From Candidatus Limnocylindrales bacterium (GTDB taxonomy: Bacteria > Chloroflexota > Limnocylindria > Limnocylindrales > CSP1-4), in assembly GCA_038214375.1 (NCBI GenBank), contig JBBQRX010000007.1, forward strand, positions 15,717-79,716: 64,000 nt of DNA, in the 5' to 3' direction. A model generated the notes under the pieces. It was given only the letters and a program-made list of their open reading frames with translations. It was not told the DNA's origin and made no database searches. Shown here one piece after another: positions 9,816-18,957 of this stretch (the first letter of the stretch is position 1; each line of letters begins with the position of its first letter). The translations under genes and the position numbers were made by a program.

Positions 9816-10859
9816 ATGGAGGCGCTCGTCGTTCTCGAGCCGAACCGGCTCGAGATCCAGGAAGTTCCCGTCCCGACGGCCGGCCCGAACGAGGTTCTGG
9901 CCCGCGTGCGCGCCGTCTCCATCTGCGGGACCGATGCGCACATCCTGCGCGGCGACTACCCGGGCTTCTGGCCCCCCGCGTTCCCGTTCATCCCGGGCCA
10001 CGAGTGGGCCGGCGAGATCGCCGCGCTCGGGCCCGGCGCGGAGCTGTTCGGATGGGCGGTCGGCGACCGCGTCGCGGGCACCTCGCACGACGCGTGCGGC
10101 GTCTGCCAGAAGTGCGTCGAGGGCCGCTACAACCTGTGCGAGAACTATGGGCGGCCGGGACTCCACAAGCAGTACGGCCACAGCGTCCAGGGCGCCGACG
10201 CGACGTACGTCGTGCAGGGCGTCAAGACGATCTTCCCGCTCCCCGACGCGATCTCGTTCGACGAGGGCGCCGTCATCGACCCGGCCTCCATCGCCCTCCA
10301 CGTCGCGAATCGCGGCAATATCGCTCCCGGCGACACGGTCGCGATCACGGGCGCCGGCGCCATCGGGCTGCTCGGCGGGGACGCGGCACGCATCCGGGGA
10401 GCCGGTCGCGTCATCCTCGTCGGCCGCGGAGGTCGCCTTCTGAAGGCGGCGGCGATGGGCTTCGAGACCGTGGACACGTCCGCCGGCGATCCGGTCCCCA
10501 TAGTGCGCGAGATGACCGGGGGCCTCGGCGTCGACGTCGTCCTCGAGTGCGCCGGTGTTCCCGTCGCCGTGCAGTGGGCGCTCGGCATGCTTCGGCGCGG
10601 CGGCCGGTGTGCCGCCGTCGGGATCCCGACCGAGGGCGTCGAGATCGCCATGCAGCGGCTGGTCCTCGATGAGCTGGAGCTGGTCGGGTCCCGTGCCTCC
10701 GCGGGCGAGATGCGGCGCGTGATGCCGCTCGTCGAGCAGGGCCGGATGCGGGTTCGCGAGGTCATGACCCATCGCTTCGCGCTCGCCGACTATGCGCAGG
10801 CGATCGCCACCTTCAACGACCCGACGAGCGGCGCGATCAAGATCATCGTCGCGCCGTGA
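9816..10859 (+). CDS. zinc-dependent alcohol dehydrogenase (MDR family)
   Basis: ICGTDAHIL, GHEWAGEI, CGVCQKCVEGRYNLC (structural Zn) and GAGAIGLL Rossmann motifs; AAGGAG RBS at 9789-9794; alternative GTG start at 9804. Confidence 0.85.
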   Translation: MEALVVLEPNRLEIQEVPVPTAGPNEVLARVRAVSICGTDAHILRGDYPGFWPPAFPFIPGHEWAGEIAALGPGAELFGWAVGDRVAGTSHDACGVCQKCVEGRYNLCENYGRPGLHKQYGHSVQGADATYVVQGVKTIFPLPDAISFDEGAVIDPASIALHVANRGNIAPGDTVAITGAGAIGLLGGDAARIRGAGRVILVGRGGRLLKAAAMGFETVDTSAGDPVPIVREMTGGLGVDVVLECAGVPVAVQWALGMLRRGGRCAAVGIPTEGVEIAMQRLVLDELELVGSRASAGEMRRVMPLVEQGRMRVREVMTHRFALADYAQAIATFNDPTSGAIKIIVAP

Positions 10860-10914
10860 CCTGCGCCCGTGCCGCGCGGAGCGGCCGGTCGGCTCGGCGC
10901 CCCAGGAGAGCCCC

Positions 10915-13089
10915 GTGACCTACGTCTTCGACTTCGACCACCGCCACGACCTGCCGTTCGACGAGGTCAAGCGACTCGTGGGCGGCAAGGCCGCGAGCCT
11001 CGCGGTGATGGCGGTCGACCTCGGCCTGCCGGTTCCACCGGCCTTCACGATCACGACGACGGCCTGCAACGAGTACCTGGCGAACGGCTGGCCGGACGGG
11101 CTGGACGCCGATCTTCGCGAGCACATGGCGCGGATCGAGCGGCTCGTCGGCCGGCGCTTCGGCGGCCCGGAGGATCCGCTCCTGGTCAGCGTCCGGTCCG
11201 GCGCGCCGGTCTCGATGCCGGGCATGATGGACACGATCCTCAACCTGGGGCTGAACGGCGGGACGACCGGCGGGCTCGCGGCCGCGTCGGGCAGCGAGGC
11301 ATTCGCGGCGAACTGCCGCGCGAGGTTCGAGGCGACGTTCCGCGACATCGTGGGCGTCGACGACGTGCCCGAGGATCCGTGGGCCCAGCTGCGGGCAGCG
11401 ATCGAGGCCGTCTTCCGCTCCTGGAACAGCGACCGGGCCCGCACGTACCGCGAGCGGGAGGGGATCGCCGACGACCTGGGCACGGCGGTGACCGTGCAGG
11501 CGATGGTCTTCGGCAACCGCAGCGTCGACTCCGGGACGGGCGTCCTGTTCACGCGGAACCCGGCCACCGGCGAACCCGCCCTCTACGGCGACGTCCTGTT
11601 CAACGCCCAGGGCGAGGACGTCGTGGCCGGGACGCACCGGACCGAGCCGATCGCCATCCTCGACGAGCGCATGCCCGCTGTCGGGCGCGAGCTCCACGAG
11701 TACGCGCTCCGTCTCGAGCGCCACCACCGGGACCTGTGTGATATCGAGTTCACGATCGAGCACGGCAGGCTCTGGATGCTGCAGTGCCGTGTCGGCAAGC
11801 GAAGCCCGCAGGCCGCGCTCCGGATCGCGGTCGACATGGCCCGCGACGCGGACTTCCCCCTGGAGCGGGTGGAGGCCGTGCGCAGGGTCGCCGGTCTCCT
11901 TGCGAGCCCACCGATGATCGCGACCGCGCGGGCCGGCAACGAACCCGTCCTCGCGACGGGCCTGCCGGCGTCGCCGGGAATCGCCTGCGGCGAGATCGCG
12001 ACCACGCCCGATGCCGCGATCGCCGTCGCCGAGGCCGGCCGGCGGGCGATCCTCGTCCGTGCCGAGACGTCCCCGGACGACGTCCATGGGATGGCCCGGT
12101 CGGCCGGGATCCTCACCTCCTGCGGCGGCCTTGCGAGCCACGCCGCGGTCGTTGCGCGCGGCTGGGGAATCCCCGCGGTGGTGGGTGCAGCCGCGGTCCA
12201 CGTCTCGGGCGACGGCGTCACGATCGGCGGGCGAACGTTCCGCGCGGGCGACACGATCTCGATCGACGGGGCTACCGGCGAGATCTTCGCCGGGGCGATC
12301 GCCGGAGCACGGGTGGTCGTCCCCGAGGTGGCGACGCTGCTGGCGTGGGCGGCCGAGCTCGGGATCCCGATCGGGGACGCCGATGCGCCCGCCGGTGCCG
12401 CCCCGGGCGCGGCTGCCCCGGGCGCGGCTGCCACGGCCGGACCGCCGGCGTCATCCGGCGGCGCGGCGCCGGCAACCGCAGATGATGTCCTGCGCGCGCT
12501 GATCGTGAAGGGCTACGCACTGCCCGAGAGCCTGGCGACGGCGCTCTCATCGACCGCCGCGGAGATGGCGGCTGCGCTGGACTGCCTCGTCGCCGACGGC
12601 CTCGCCGAGAAGGCCGCCGGCTCGTTTCGGCTCACGGTCGGCGGGAAGGCCGCCGGACGGGAGCGGATCGCGGCCGACACCGAGCGCTGGGGAGTCGCCA
12701 ATGCGGCGGCCGCGCTCGATGCGTTCGTGATCCTCGACACGCGCATGAAGCAGACCGCCACTGCGTGGCAGATGCGCGAGGTGGACGGCACCGCGACGTT
12801 CAACGATCACGCGGATGCGGCCTACGACGCGAAGGTGCTCCGAGACCTCGACTCGCTGCACGCGGACGCGTCCGCGTGGCTCCGCCCGTTGGTGCCGCAC
12901 CTCCCCCGGCTCGCGTCGTACGTCGAGCGCCTGGACCGCGCAGCGGCCGCGGCTCGGGGCGGGGACGGCCGCTTCGTCGCGTCACCCCGTGTCGACAGCT
13001 ACCACGGCGCCTGGTTCGAGCTGCACGAGGACTTGATCCTGCTCGCGGGCCGCAGCCGGGCCGACGAGGTCGCCGCCGGGCGCGCCTGA
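10915..13089 (+). CDS. PPDK-like dikinase: PEP/pyruvate-binding ATP-grasp N-domain plus phosphohistidine swivel domain, with a novel C-terminal region instead of the catalytic TIM barrel
   Basis: GTG 10915 preceded by AGGAGAG; the N-terminal 340 aa align by eye to the pyruvate phosphate dikinase N-terminus (GGKAASLAVM, RSGAPVSMPGMMDTILNLGLN, TRNPATGE); central TSCGGLASHAAVVARGWGIPAVVG His domain; residues after about 500 are Ala/Pro linker then an unrelated about 230 aa region. Confidence 0.8.
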   Translation: MTYVFDFDHRHDLPFDEVKRLVGGKAASLAVMAVDLGLPVPPAFTITTTACNEYLANGWPDGLDADLREHMARIERLVGRRFGGPEDPLLVSVRSGAPVSMPGMMDTILNLGLNGGTTGGLAAASGSEAFAANCRARFEATFRDIVGVDDVPEDPWAQLRAAIEAVFRSWNSDRARTYREREGIADDLGTAVTVQAMVFGNRSVDSGTGVLFTRNPATGEPALYGDVLFNAQGEDVVAGTHRTEPIAILDERMPAVGRELHEYALRLERHHRDLCDIEFTIEHGRLWMLQCRVGKRSPQAALRIAVDMARDADFPLERVEAVRRVAGLLASPPMIATARAGNEPVLATGLPASPGIACGEIATTPDAAIAVAEAGRRAILVRAETSPDDVHGMARSAGILTSCGGLASHAAVVARGWGIPAVVGAAAVHVSGDGVTIGGRTFRAGDTISIDGATGEIFAGAIAGARVVVPEVATLLAWAAELGIPIGDADAPAGAAPGAAAPGAAATAGPPASSGGAAPATADDVLRALIVKGYALPESLATALSSTAAEMAAALDCLVADGLAEKAAGSFRLTVGGKAAGRERIAADTERWGVANAAAALDAFVILDTRMKQTATAWQMREVDGTATFNDHADAAYDAKVLRDLDSLHADASAWLRPLVPHLPRLASYVERLDRAAAAARGGDGRFVASPRVDSYHGAWFELHEDLILLAGRSRADEVAAGRA

Positions 13090-13102
13090 ACGTTCGCCCC
13101 GG

Positions 13103-13123
13103 CCCGCGTCAGCGCTGCGCGGG
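13103..13123. terminator. GC-rich hairpin between convergent genes (candidate bidirectional terminator)
   Basis: CCCGCG-tcagcgctg-CGCGGG stem-loop between stop of 10915..13089 (+) and stop of 13132..14028 (-); no T tract, as usual for high-GC genomes. Confidence 0.35.
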
Positions 13124-13131
13124 GACGCGCG

Positions 13132-14028
13132 TCAGCGCGGCGGGACGGCCCGGGCCGGGAACGTCGTCGTGGTCGGCGCGGTCAGCCTGTCGTAGAGCGT
13201 CCCGGCGTTGAGCGACTGGATGTACCCCATCATGTAGTCTTGCCCGACGTCGACGGGATATCGCTCGGCGAAGGTAACGCCCGCCACGGTCTCCTCGCGC
13301 GACCAGCCCTTCGCGATCGCGACCGCCACGGCCGTCTTCCATTCGAGGAGCATGGCGCGCTGCGTGTACAGGTACTCCTTCGTCGTCACCGGGCCATGGC
13401 CGGGAATGACGCGGTCGACGTCGAGGGCGCGAATCCGGTCGAGCGCCGCCACCCACTGGTCCACGTCGGAGGTCATCAGCCACGTGGCGCAATCGGAGAA
13501 GATCGTGTCGCCGGTGAAGACCGCGCGCTCCTCGGGAACGAAGACCGCGACCTGGCCCGGCGTGTGCCCCGGCGTGTGCAGCAGGTGGAAGGTGTGGTCG
13601 CCGAGCTTGAGCGTCAGGTCGCCCGTGAAGACCAGCGTGCCCTTGTTCGGATCGGCGTAATACGTGTCCCGATCGGGCGTGATCGCAGCGCCGTCCGGGT
13701 CGTCGGTCGGGATCGCCTCGAGCGCGTAGGCGTACGGGTCGAGCTCGGGAGTGACCACCATGAAGTTGTCGTAGACACCCTGGTGCTCCACGACGGTGCC
13801 GGCGCCCTTGAACCAGTAGTTGCCGAAGATGTGGTCGACGTGGTGCTCGGTGTTGATCAGGTAGCGGATCGGCCCGTGCGCCTCGGCGAGCCTCCGCATC
13901 TCCACGGCCTTCGTCGGGAGCTGCGGGGTGTCGATCACCACGACACCGGCCGAGGTGGTCACGAAGCTCGGGTTGCAGCCGCGCAGCTTCGTCGTCGTGT
14001 AGACGTTCGGGGTGACGTTCTCCATCAT
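13132..14028 (-). CDS. MBL-fold metallo-hydrolase
   Basis: HxHxDH motif (NTEHHVDHIFGN), downstream HTPGHTPG and GHG; GAGGAG RBS upstream of ATG. Confidence 0.85.
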   Translation of the reverse strand: MMENVTPNVYTTTKLRGCNPSFVTTSAGVVVIDTPQLPTKAVEMRRLAEAHGPIRYLINTEHHVDHIFGNYWFKGAGTVVEHQGVYDNFMVVTPELDPYAYALEAIPTDDPDGAAITPDRDTYYADPNKGTLVFTGDLTLKLGDHTFHLLHTPGHTPGQVAVFVPEERAVFTGDTIFSDCATWLMTSDVDQWVAALDRIRALDVDRVIPGHGPVTTKEYLYTQRAMLLEWKTAVAVAIAKGWSREETVAGVTFAERYPVDVGQDYMMGYIQSLNAGTLYDRLTAPTTTTFPARAVPPR

Positions 14029-14082
14029 CGGGGTCTGGCTCCTCAGGCGAGCGAATGCTGGACGGCGGGGGCCGTGTTTCGG

Positions 14083-14868
14083 CTACTGGGTCGCGGTGAG
14101 CCCGCCGTCGATCCCGAGGACCTGGCCGGTCACGAACGCCGAGGCATCCGAGCAGAAGAAGATGGCCGGTCCGACGAGGTCGCCCGTTCCGCCGACGCGG
14201 CCCAGCGGGATCCGGGCGACGATTCCGGCCTTGAACGCCGGGTCGTCGAGGAGCATCGCCACCTGCGGCGTGTCGACGAAGGTCGGGGAGATTGCGTTCA
14301 CGTTGATGCCGTGCTTCGCCCATTCGGTCGCCCACTGGCGCGTGAGCGAGCTGATGGCGCCCTTCGCGGCGACGTACGCGGAGTAGCCGGCGTTGATCCC
14401 GAGGCTGGCGCGCACCGAGGAGATGTTGAGGACCCGGCCGCCGTGGCCGCCGGCGATCATCGCCCGGACCGCGGCCTGCGTGGCGAGCAGCGTGCTCCGG
14501 ACGTTGAGCTCGTAGATCCAGTCCCATGCGTCCCGCGGATACTCCTGGGCTTCGAAGAGGACCTTGCCGGCGCCGCCACCCACGCAGTTGACGATGATGT
14601 CCAGGCGGCCGAACGTCGCGACGGTCGCCGCGACCATCCGCTCGCATTCGGATTCCACGAGGACGTCGGCACCGATGGCGAGACACTCGCCGCCGGCGGC
14701 GCGGATGCGTTCCGCAGATGCGTCGGCGAGCTCCTGGGTCCGGTCCACGACCGTCACCCGGGCGCCAGCGCCCGCGAGCGCGGCGGCCATGGCGCTGCCG
14801 ATTGCACCCCCGCCTCCCGGCACGATGGCGACGCGCCCTTCGAGGCTGAAGGCGTCGAGATAGGTCAT
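14083..14868 (-). CDS. SDR family oxidoreductase
   Basis: Gly-rich dinucleotide motif near the N-terminus (AIVPGGGGAIGSAMA) and YxxxK (YVAAK); AAGGAG RBS. Confidence 0.9.
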   Translation of the reverse strand: MTYLDAFSLEGRVAIVPGGGGAIGSAMAAALAGAGARVTVVDRTQELADASAERIRAAGGECLAIGADVLVESECERMVAATVATFGRLDIIVNCVGGGAGKVLFEAQEYPRDAWDWIYELNVRSTLLATQAAVRAMIAGGHGGRVLNISSVRASLGINAGYSAYVAAKGAISSLTRQWATEWAKHGINVNAISPTFVDTPQVAMLLDDPAFKAGIVARIPLGRVGGTGDLVGPAIFFCSDASAFVTGQVLGIDGGLTATQ

Positions 14869-15050
14869 GGTTCTCCTTCCGGCCGGGCCGTGCCGTCTGC
14901 GCGCGTCCGGCCGTGTCGCGGTTCATCACCGGCCGAGGAGCGGGATCGTGGCGCGATCGACGACTATGATCGATTATCGAGCATATGGGCCGATCTCGCA
15001 CGACGTCCCGCGAGGCGACCGCACGCGTAGCGGCAGGCGGGAATTGCCGC

Positions 15051-15215
15051 CCGCGCGGCCGGGGACCGCACACCACGGCTGCGGCGCGCGGGACCGCACA
15101 CCGCGGCTTCGGCGCGCGGCATCGCCGCCGGGCATCGCCGCGGCTTCGGCGCGCGGGACCGCACACCGTCGCGTCGGCGCGGCGGACCGCACGCCGCGGC
15201 TTCGGGGTACCGTTC
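15051..15215. repeat. about 5 imperfect tandem copies of an about 30 bp GC-rich unit in a divergent intergenic region
   Basis: Unit GCGCGCGGGACCGCACACCGCGGCTTCGGC and variants, between SDR (-) and cinA (+) starts. Confidence 0.6.
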
Positions 15216-15216
15216 G

Positions 15217-16491
15217 GTGATGACCCCCCCCGCTGACCGAACCACTCGGAGCATCCGCACCGCCAGGCTCCTCGCGGTCGGCAGCGAGCTGACCACCGGC
15301 GAGACGCGCGATACGAACGGCGGCGAGCTTGCCCGCGCGCTGGCCGGAGCGGGCGTGGATGTGCGCCAGATCGTGGCCCTGCCCGACGACCTCACCGCGG
15401 TCACGGCTGCGTTTCAGGACGCGCTCGCGACCGTCGACCTGGTCGTCTCGACCGGCGGCCTGGGCCCGACTCCGGATGACCTCACCCGGGAGGCACTCGG
15501 CGCCGCGGTCGGCGAGGTGCCCGTCATCGACCCCGTGCTGGAGCGGTGGCTTCGCCGCCTGTTCGCGAAACGCGGCGTGCGGCTCGCGGAGGTCAACCTG
15601 AAGCAGGCCTGGCGGATCCCGTCCGCGAGGGCGATCCACAACCCGAACGGAACGGCCCCCGGCTGGTGGGTCGACCGGCCGGACGGGCGGGTCGCGGTCC
15701 TCCTGCCCGGCCCGCCGCGCGAGATGCGGGCGATGTGGTCGGACTGGGTTCTGCCGCGCCTCCGCGAACGCGGCCTGGGCGACGGTCGCGTGGTGCGCAC
15801 GCTCCGCACGTACGGCATCGGCGAATCGCAGGTCGCCGAGCTGCTGGGCGACGAGATGCTCCGGCGGGCGAACCCGGTCGTCGCGACCTACGCGCGCGCG
15901 GACTGGCTCGACGTCCGGGTCAGCGCCGTGGACGAGCAGGCCGGCGGCGGGACCTCGGCAGGGACCGCCGATCGGGTTCCGGTCCGCACGGCCGATGCGA
16001 TCCTCGAGGAGACCCTCGCAGGACTCCGGGCGACCCTCGCGGATCACGTCCGGGCCGAGGGCGAGACGACGTGGGCGGACCTCGTCGGCGCGGCAGCGGA
16101 CGATGCCGGGGTGCGCCTTGCCATCGTCGAGGCGGGCACCGGCGGCGCACTCGGCGCGATGCTCGCGGACATCCCCGCGCTGGAGCGAGCGACGTCTGCG
16201 GGGCCGCGTGTCGCCCCGGACCCGTCCGACTGGCCGGTCGAGGAGGCTGCGGCCGAGTCGGCGCGGGGCGCCGGGGTCGCGGTCGGCATCGCCCTGGTCG
16301 CCCGGACGGCCCCCGGGGAGGGGACACGCCTCCGGGTCGCCGTCGTCGTCGCCGGCGCCGGCGTCTCGCGCGTGCTCGAGCTCCGACTGTTTCAGCACGG
16401 AGCGCACGGGCGCCTGCGGGCCGCTGTGGCCGCCGCCGCGTTCGCGATCGAGATCCTGGGGACGCTCGAGCCGGCGGCGCCTGGGCGCTGA
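15217..16491 (+). CDS. cinA: CinA family protein (competence/damage-inducible protein A; MocF/NMN-amidohydrolase domains)
   Basis: N-terminal MoCF-biosynthesis-like domain (LAVGSELTTGETRDTNG ... VVSTGGLGPTPDDLTRE) and C-terminal CinA domain. Confidence 0.85.
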   Translation: MMTPPADRTTRSIRTARLLAVGSELTTGETRDTNGGELARALAGAGVDVRQIVALPDDLTAVTAAFQDALATVDLVVSTGGLGPTPDDLTREALGAAVGEVPVIDPVLERWLRRLFAKRGVRLAEVNLKQAWRIPSARAIHNPNGTAPGWWVDRPDGRVAVLLPGPPREMRAMWSDWVLPRLRERGLGDGRVVRTLRTYGIGESQVAELLGDEMLRRANPVVATYARADWLDVRVSAVDEQAGGGTSAGTADRVPVRTADAILEETLAGLRATLADHVRAEGETTWADLVGAAADDAGVRLAIVEAGTGGALGAMLADIPALERATSAGPRVAPDPSDWPVEEAAAESARGAGVAVGIALVARTAPGEGTRLRVAVVVAGAGVSRVLELRLFQHGAHGRLRAAVAAAAFAIEILGTLEPAAPGR

Positions 16492-16562
16492 GGGTCGTCT
16501 CTCGCGTCAGGGCGGCCGGTCACGTCCGGGCTGGGCCGCCGTTCGCCCGGCTCGTCTGTCCC

Positions 16563-17537
16563 CTACGGCATCTCCGGGGGGTGCATTCCCTCCGTCGGCT
16601 CCGGGCGGCGCCACGATGCCGCGATCGCGACGGCGAGGATCGAGACCACGATGACGAGCGAGGGGATCGGGTCGATCTTGATCCCAAGGTTGACAACGGT
16701 CAATTTCACGCCGACGAACACGAGGATCACCGCGAGTCCCAGCTTGAGGTAGCGGAAGCGGTTCTTCAGGTCGGCGAGGAGGAAGTAGAGAGCCCGCAGG
16801 CCCAGGATCGCGAACGCGTTCGACGTGTAAACGATGAACGGGTCGCGGGTGACCGCGAAGATCGCCGGGATCGAGTCGACCGCGAAGATCAGGTCGGTGA
16901 CCTCGACCGAGATCAGCACCAGCAGGAGCGGCGTCGCCAGGCGCTTCGCCTTGACCCTGGTGAAGAACCGCTGGCCGTCGTAGGCGTCGGTGAACGGGAG
17001 GCTGCGTCGAGCGAAGCGCACGATCGGGTTCTGGCTGGGGTCCTTCTCCGGCTTGCCGTGGGAAAGGCCCATCCGGATGCCGGTCAGGATCAGGAACGCC
17101 CCGAAGACGTAGAGGATCCACTGGTACGCTTCGATGAGCGCGGCGCCGGCCACGATCATCACGAGCCGCATCGCGAGCGCGCCGACGACGCCCCAGAAGA
17201 GCACCCGGTGCTGGTACTGCGCCGGCACCGCGAACGCCCCGAAGATCAGGGTGAAGACGAAGACATTGTCGACCGAGAGGCTCTTCTCGATCAGGTAGCC
17301 GGTGAAGTACTCGACGCCCCTGGTCGAGCCGAGCCAGGCGAAGATGAGCACGCCGAAGGCGACGCCGAGGCTGATCCAGAAGGCGCTGAAGATCGCCGCC
17401 TCCCGGACCTGCACGACGTGCGCCTTTCGATGGAACACGAACAGGTCCAGGAAGAGCAGGAACGCGATGAGGGCCAGGAAGGCGAGCCAGTAGATCGGCT
17501 CGATCGTCGGGGTCATGGGGCTGATCGGGTCTGCCAT
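16563..17537 (-). CDS. terC: TerC family integral membrane protein
   Basis: Multi-pass membrane protein with TerC signatures (SLSVDNVFVF, ILGLRALYF); start chosen at Met 6 of the ORF. Confidence 0.85.
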   Translation of the reverse strand: MADPISPMTPTIEPIYWLAFLALIAFLLFLDLFVFHRKAHVVQVREAAIFSAFWISLGVAFGVLIFAWLGSTRGVEYFTGYLIEKSLSVDNVFVFTLIFGAFAVPAQYQHRVLFWGVVGALAMRLVMIVAGAALIEAYQWILYVFGAFLILTGIRMGLSHGKPEKDPSQNPIVRFARRSLPFTDAYDGQRFFTRVKAKRLATPLLLVLISVEVTDLIFAVDSIPAIFAVTRDPFIVYTSNAFAILGLRALYFLLADLKNRFRYLKLGLAVILVFVGVKLTVVNLGIKIDPIPSLVIVVSILAVAIAASWRRPEPTEGMHPPEMP

Positions 17538-17721
17538 GAGGAGGCGGCACATCTCCGGGTCGGAGAGGCGTCCTGCCTCCCACGTGGTCTCACCACCAGT
17601 TCGGAGATGCTACCAGCCTGGATTGGGAGCCGGCCCGTGCACGGCCGGCTCCGCGCATGAGCGCCCGTTCGCGGAGGGGATCGCTGTGCCGGAGCATGCG
17701 GCCCGACCGTACACTCGGGCG

Positions 17722-18957
17722 ATGAGGGCCACCGGCCGCACCGCCGCATCCGACGCCGCGATCGCGCGCATGGTTGACGCCGGCCCGTCCTCTGCGCCCC
17801 AGGTCGTGCCCCTTGCCCCCGGCGCCACGATCGGTGTGCTCGGCGGCGGGCAGCTTGGCCGCATGCTCGGGTTCGCGGCTCGCGCGATGGGCTACCGGAT
17901 CGTGGTCCTGGACCCGGACACCGCGTGCCCAGCGGCCGGGATCGCCGACCGGGTGGTGGTCGGTGCCCACGACGACACAGCTGCAGCGATGGAGCTTGCC
18001 CGGCTCGCCGACGTGGTCACCTACGAGCTCGAGCACGTCGACGCCGCCGTGGTCGCCTTGATCGGTGCGCGCGTCCCTGTCCGACCAGGGCTCGTCGCCC
18101 TCCGGGTCGCCCAGGATCGTCTTGCCGAGCGTCGCTTCCTCGCGGGGCTCGGGCTGCCGACCGCGCCCTGGCGCGAGGTGTCCGACGAGGCGTCGCTGCA
18201 CGGCGCGGCCGGCGAGCTCGGGTTCCCGCTGCGGCTCAAGGCCGCGTTCGGTGGGTACGACGGGCGGAGCCAGGTCCGGGTCGCGGAGCCGGGCGACCTG
18301 CAGGCCTCGCTGGCCCGTCTCGGTCGGCCACCGGGCACACCGCTGCTGCTCGAGGCGGAGCTGGACTTCGCGATGGAGCTCTCGGTCGTGGTCACAAGGG
18401 CGCTCGACGGCGCCGTGGCCGCGTACCCCATCAGCCAGAACCGGCACGACGCCGGGATCCTGGTCGAATCGGTCGTGCCCGCGGACGTCCCGCCTGAGGT
18501 CGTCGCGTCTGCGCAGGCGCTTGGCGCCCGCATCGCCGAGTCGCTCGAGGCGGTCGGCGTGATCACCGCGGAGCTCTTCCTCCTGCGAGACGGCACACTC
18601 GCCGTCAACGAGCTGGCCCCGCGCGTGCACAACAGCGGACACTGGACCATCGAGGGAGCCCGGACCAGCCAGTTCGAGCAGCACGTCCGGGCAATCTGCG
18701 GGCTTCCGCTCGGCGACCCGACGGCGACCGGGCCGACCGCCATGGTCAACCTGCTGGGGACGGGGGAGCCGCGGGATGCGCGTCTCACCGGGGTCGCGGA
18801 CGCCCTCGCCGACCCGCTCGCCCACCTCCACGTCTACGCCAAGCGGACGGTCTTCGAGCGCCGGAAGATGGGCCACCTGACCGTGGCCGGAGCCGCGACG
18901 GCCGGCGAGGCGCTCGCGCGCGCCCGCACGGCCATCGCACGCCTCGAATGGACATGA
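17722..18957 (+). CDS. purK: N5-carboxyaminoimidazole ribonucleotide synthase
   Basis: ATP-grasp with IGVLGGGQLGRM, AFGGYDGRSQ, NELAPRVHNSGHWT; start could alternatively be Met at 17770. Confidence 0.85.
   Translation: MRATGRTAASDAAIARMVDAGPSSAPQVVPLAPGATIGVLGGGQLGRMLGFAARAMGYRIVVLDPDTACPAAGIADRVVVGAHDDTAAAMELARLADVVTYELEHVDAAVVALIGARVPVRPGLVALRVAQDRLAERRFLAGLGLPTAPWREVSDEASLHGAAGELGFPLRLKAAFGGYDGRSQVRVAEPGDLQASLARLGRPPGTPLLLEAELDFAMELSVVVTRALDGAVAAYPISQNRHDAGILVESVVPADVPPEVVASAQALGARIAESLEAVGVITAELFLLRDGTLAVNELAPRVHNSGHWTIEGARTSQFEQHVRAICGLPLGDPTATGPTAMVNLLGTGEPRDARLTGVADALADPLAHLHVYAKRTVFERRKMGHLTVAGAATAGEALARARTAIARLEWT

Noticed and set aside
15051-15215. Possible CRISPR array
   Set aside because: Repeats are directly tandem without unique spacers, are imperfect, and no cas genes are present anywhere in the window
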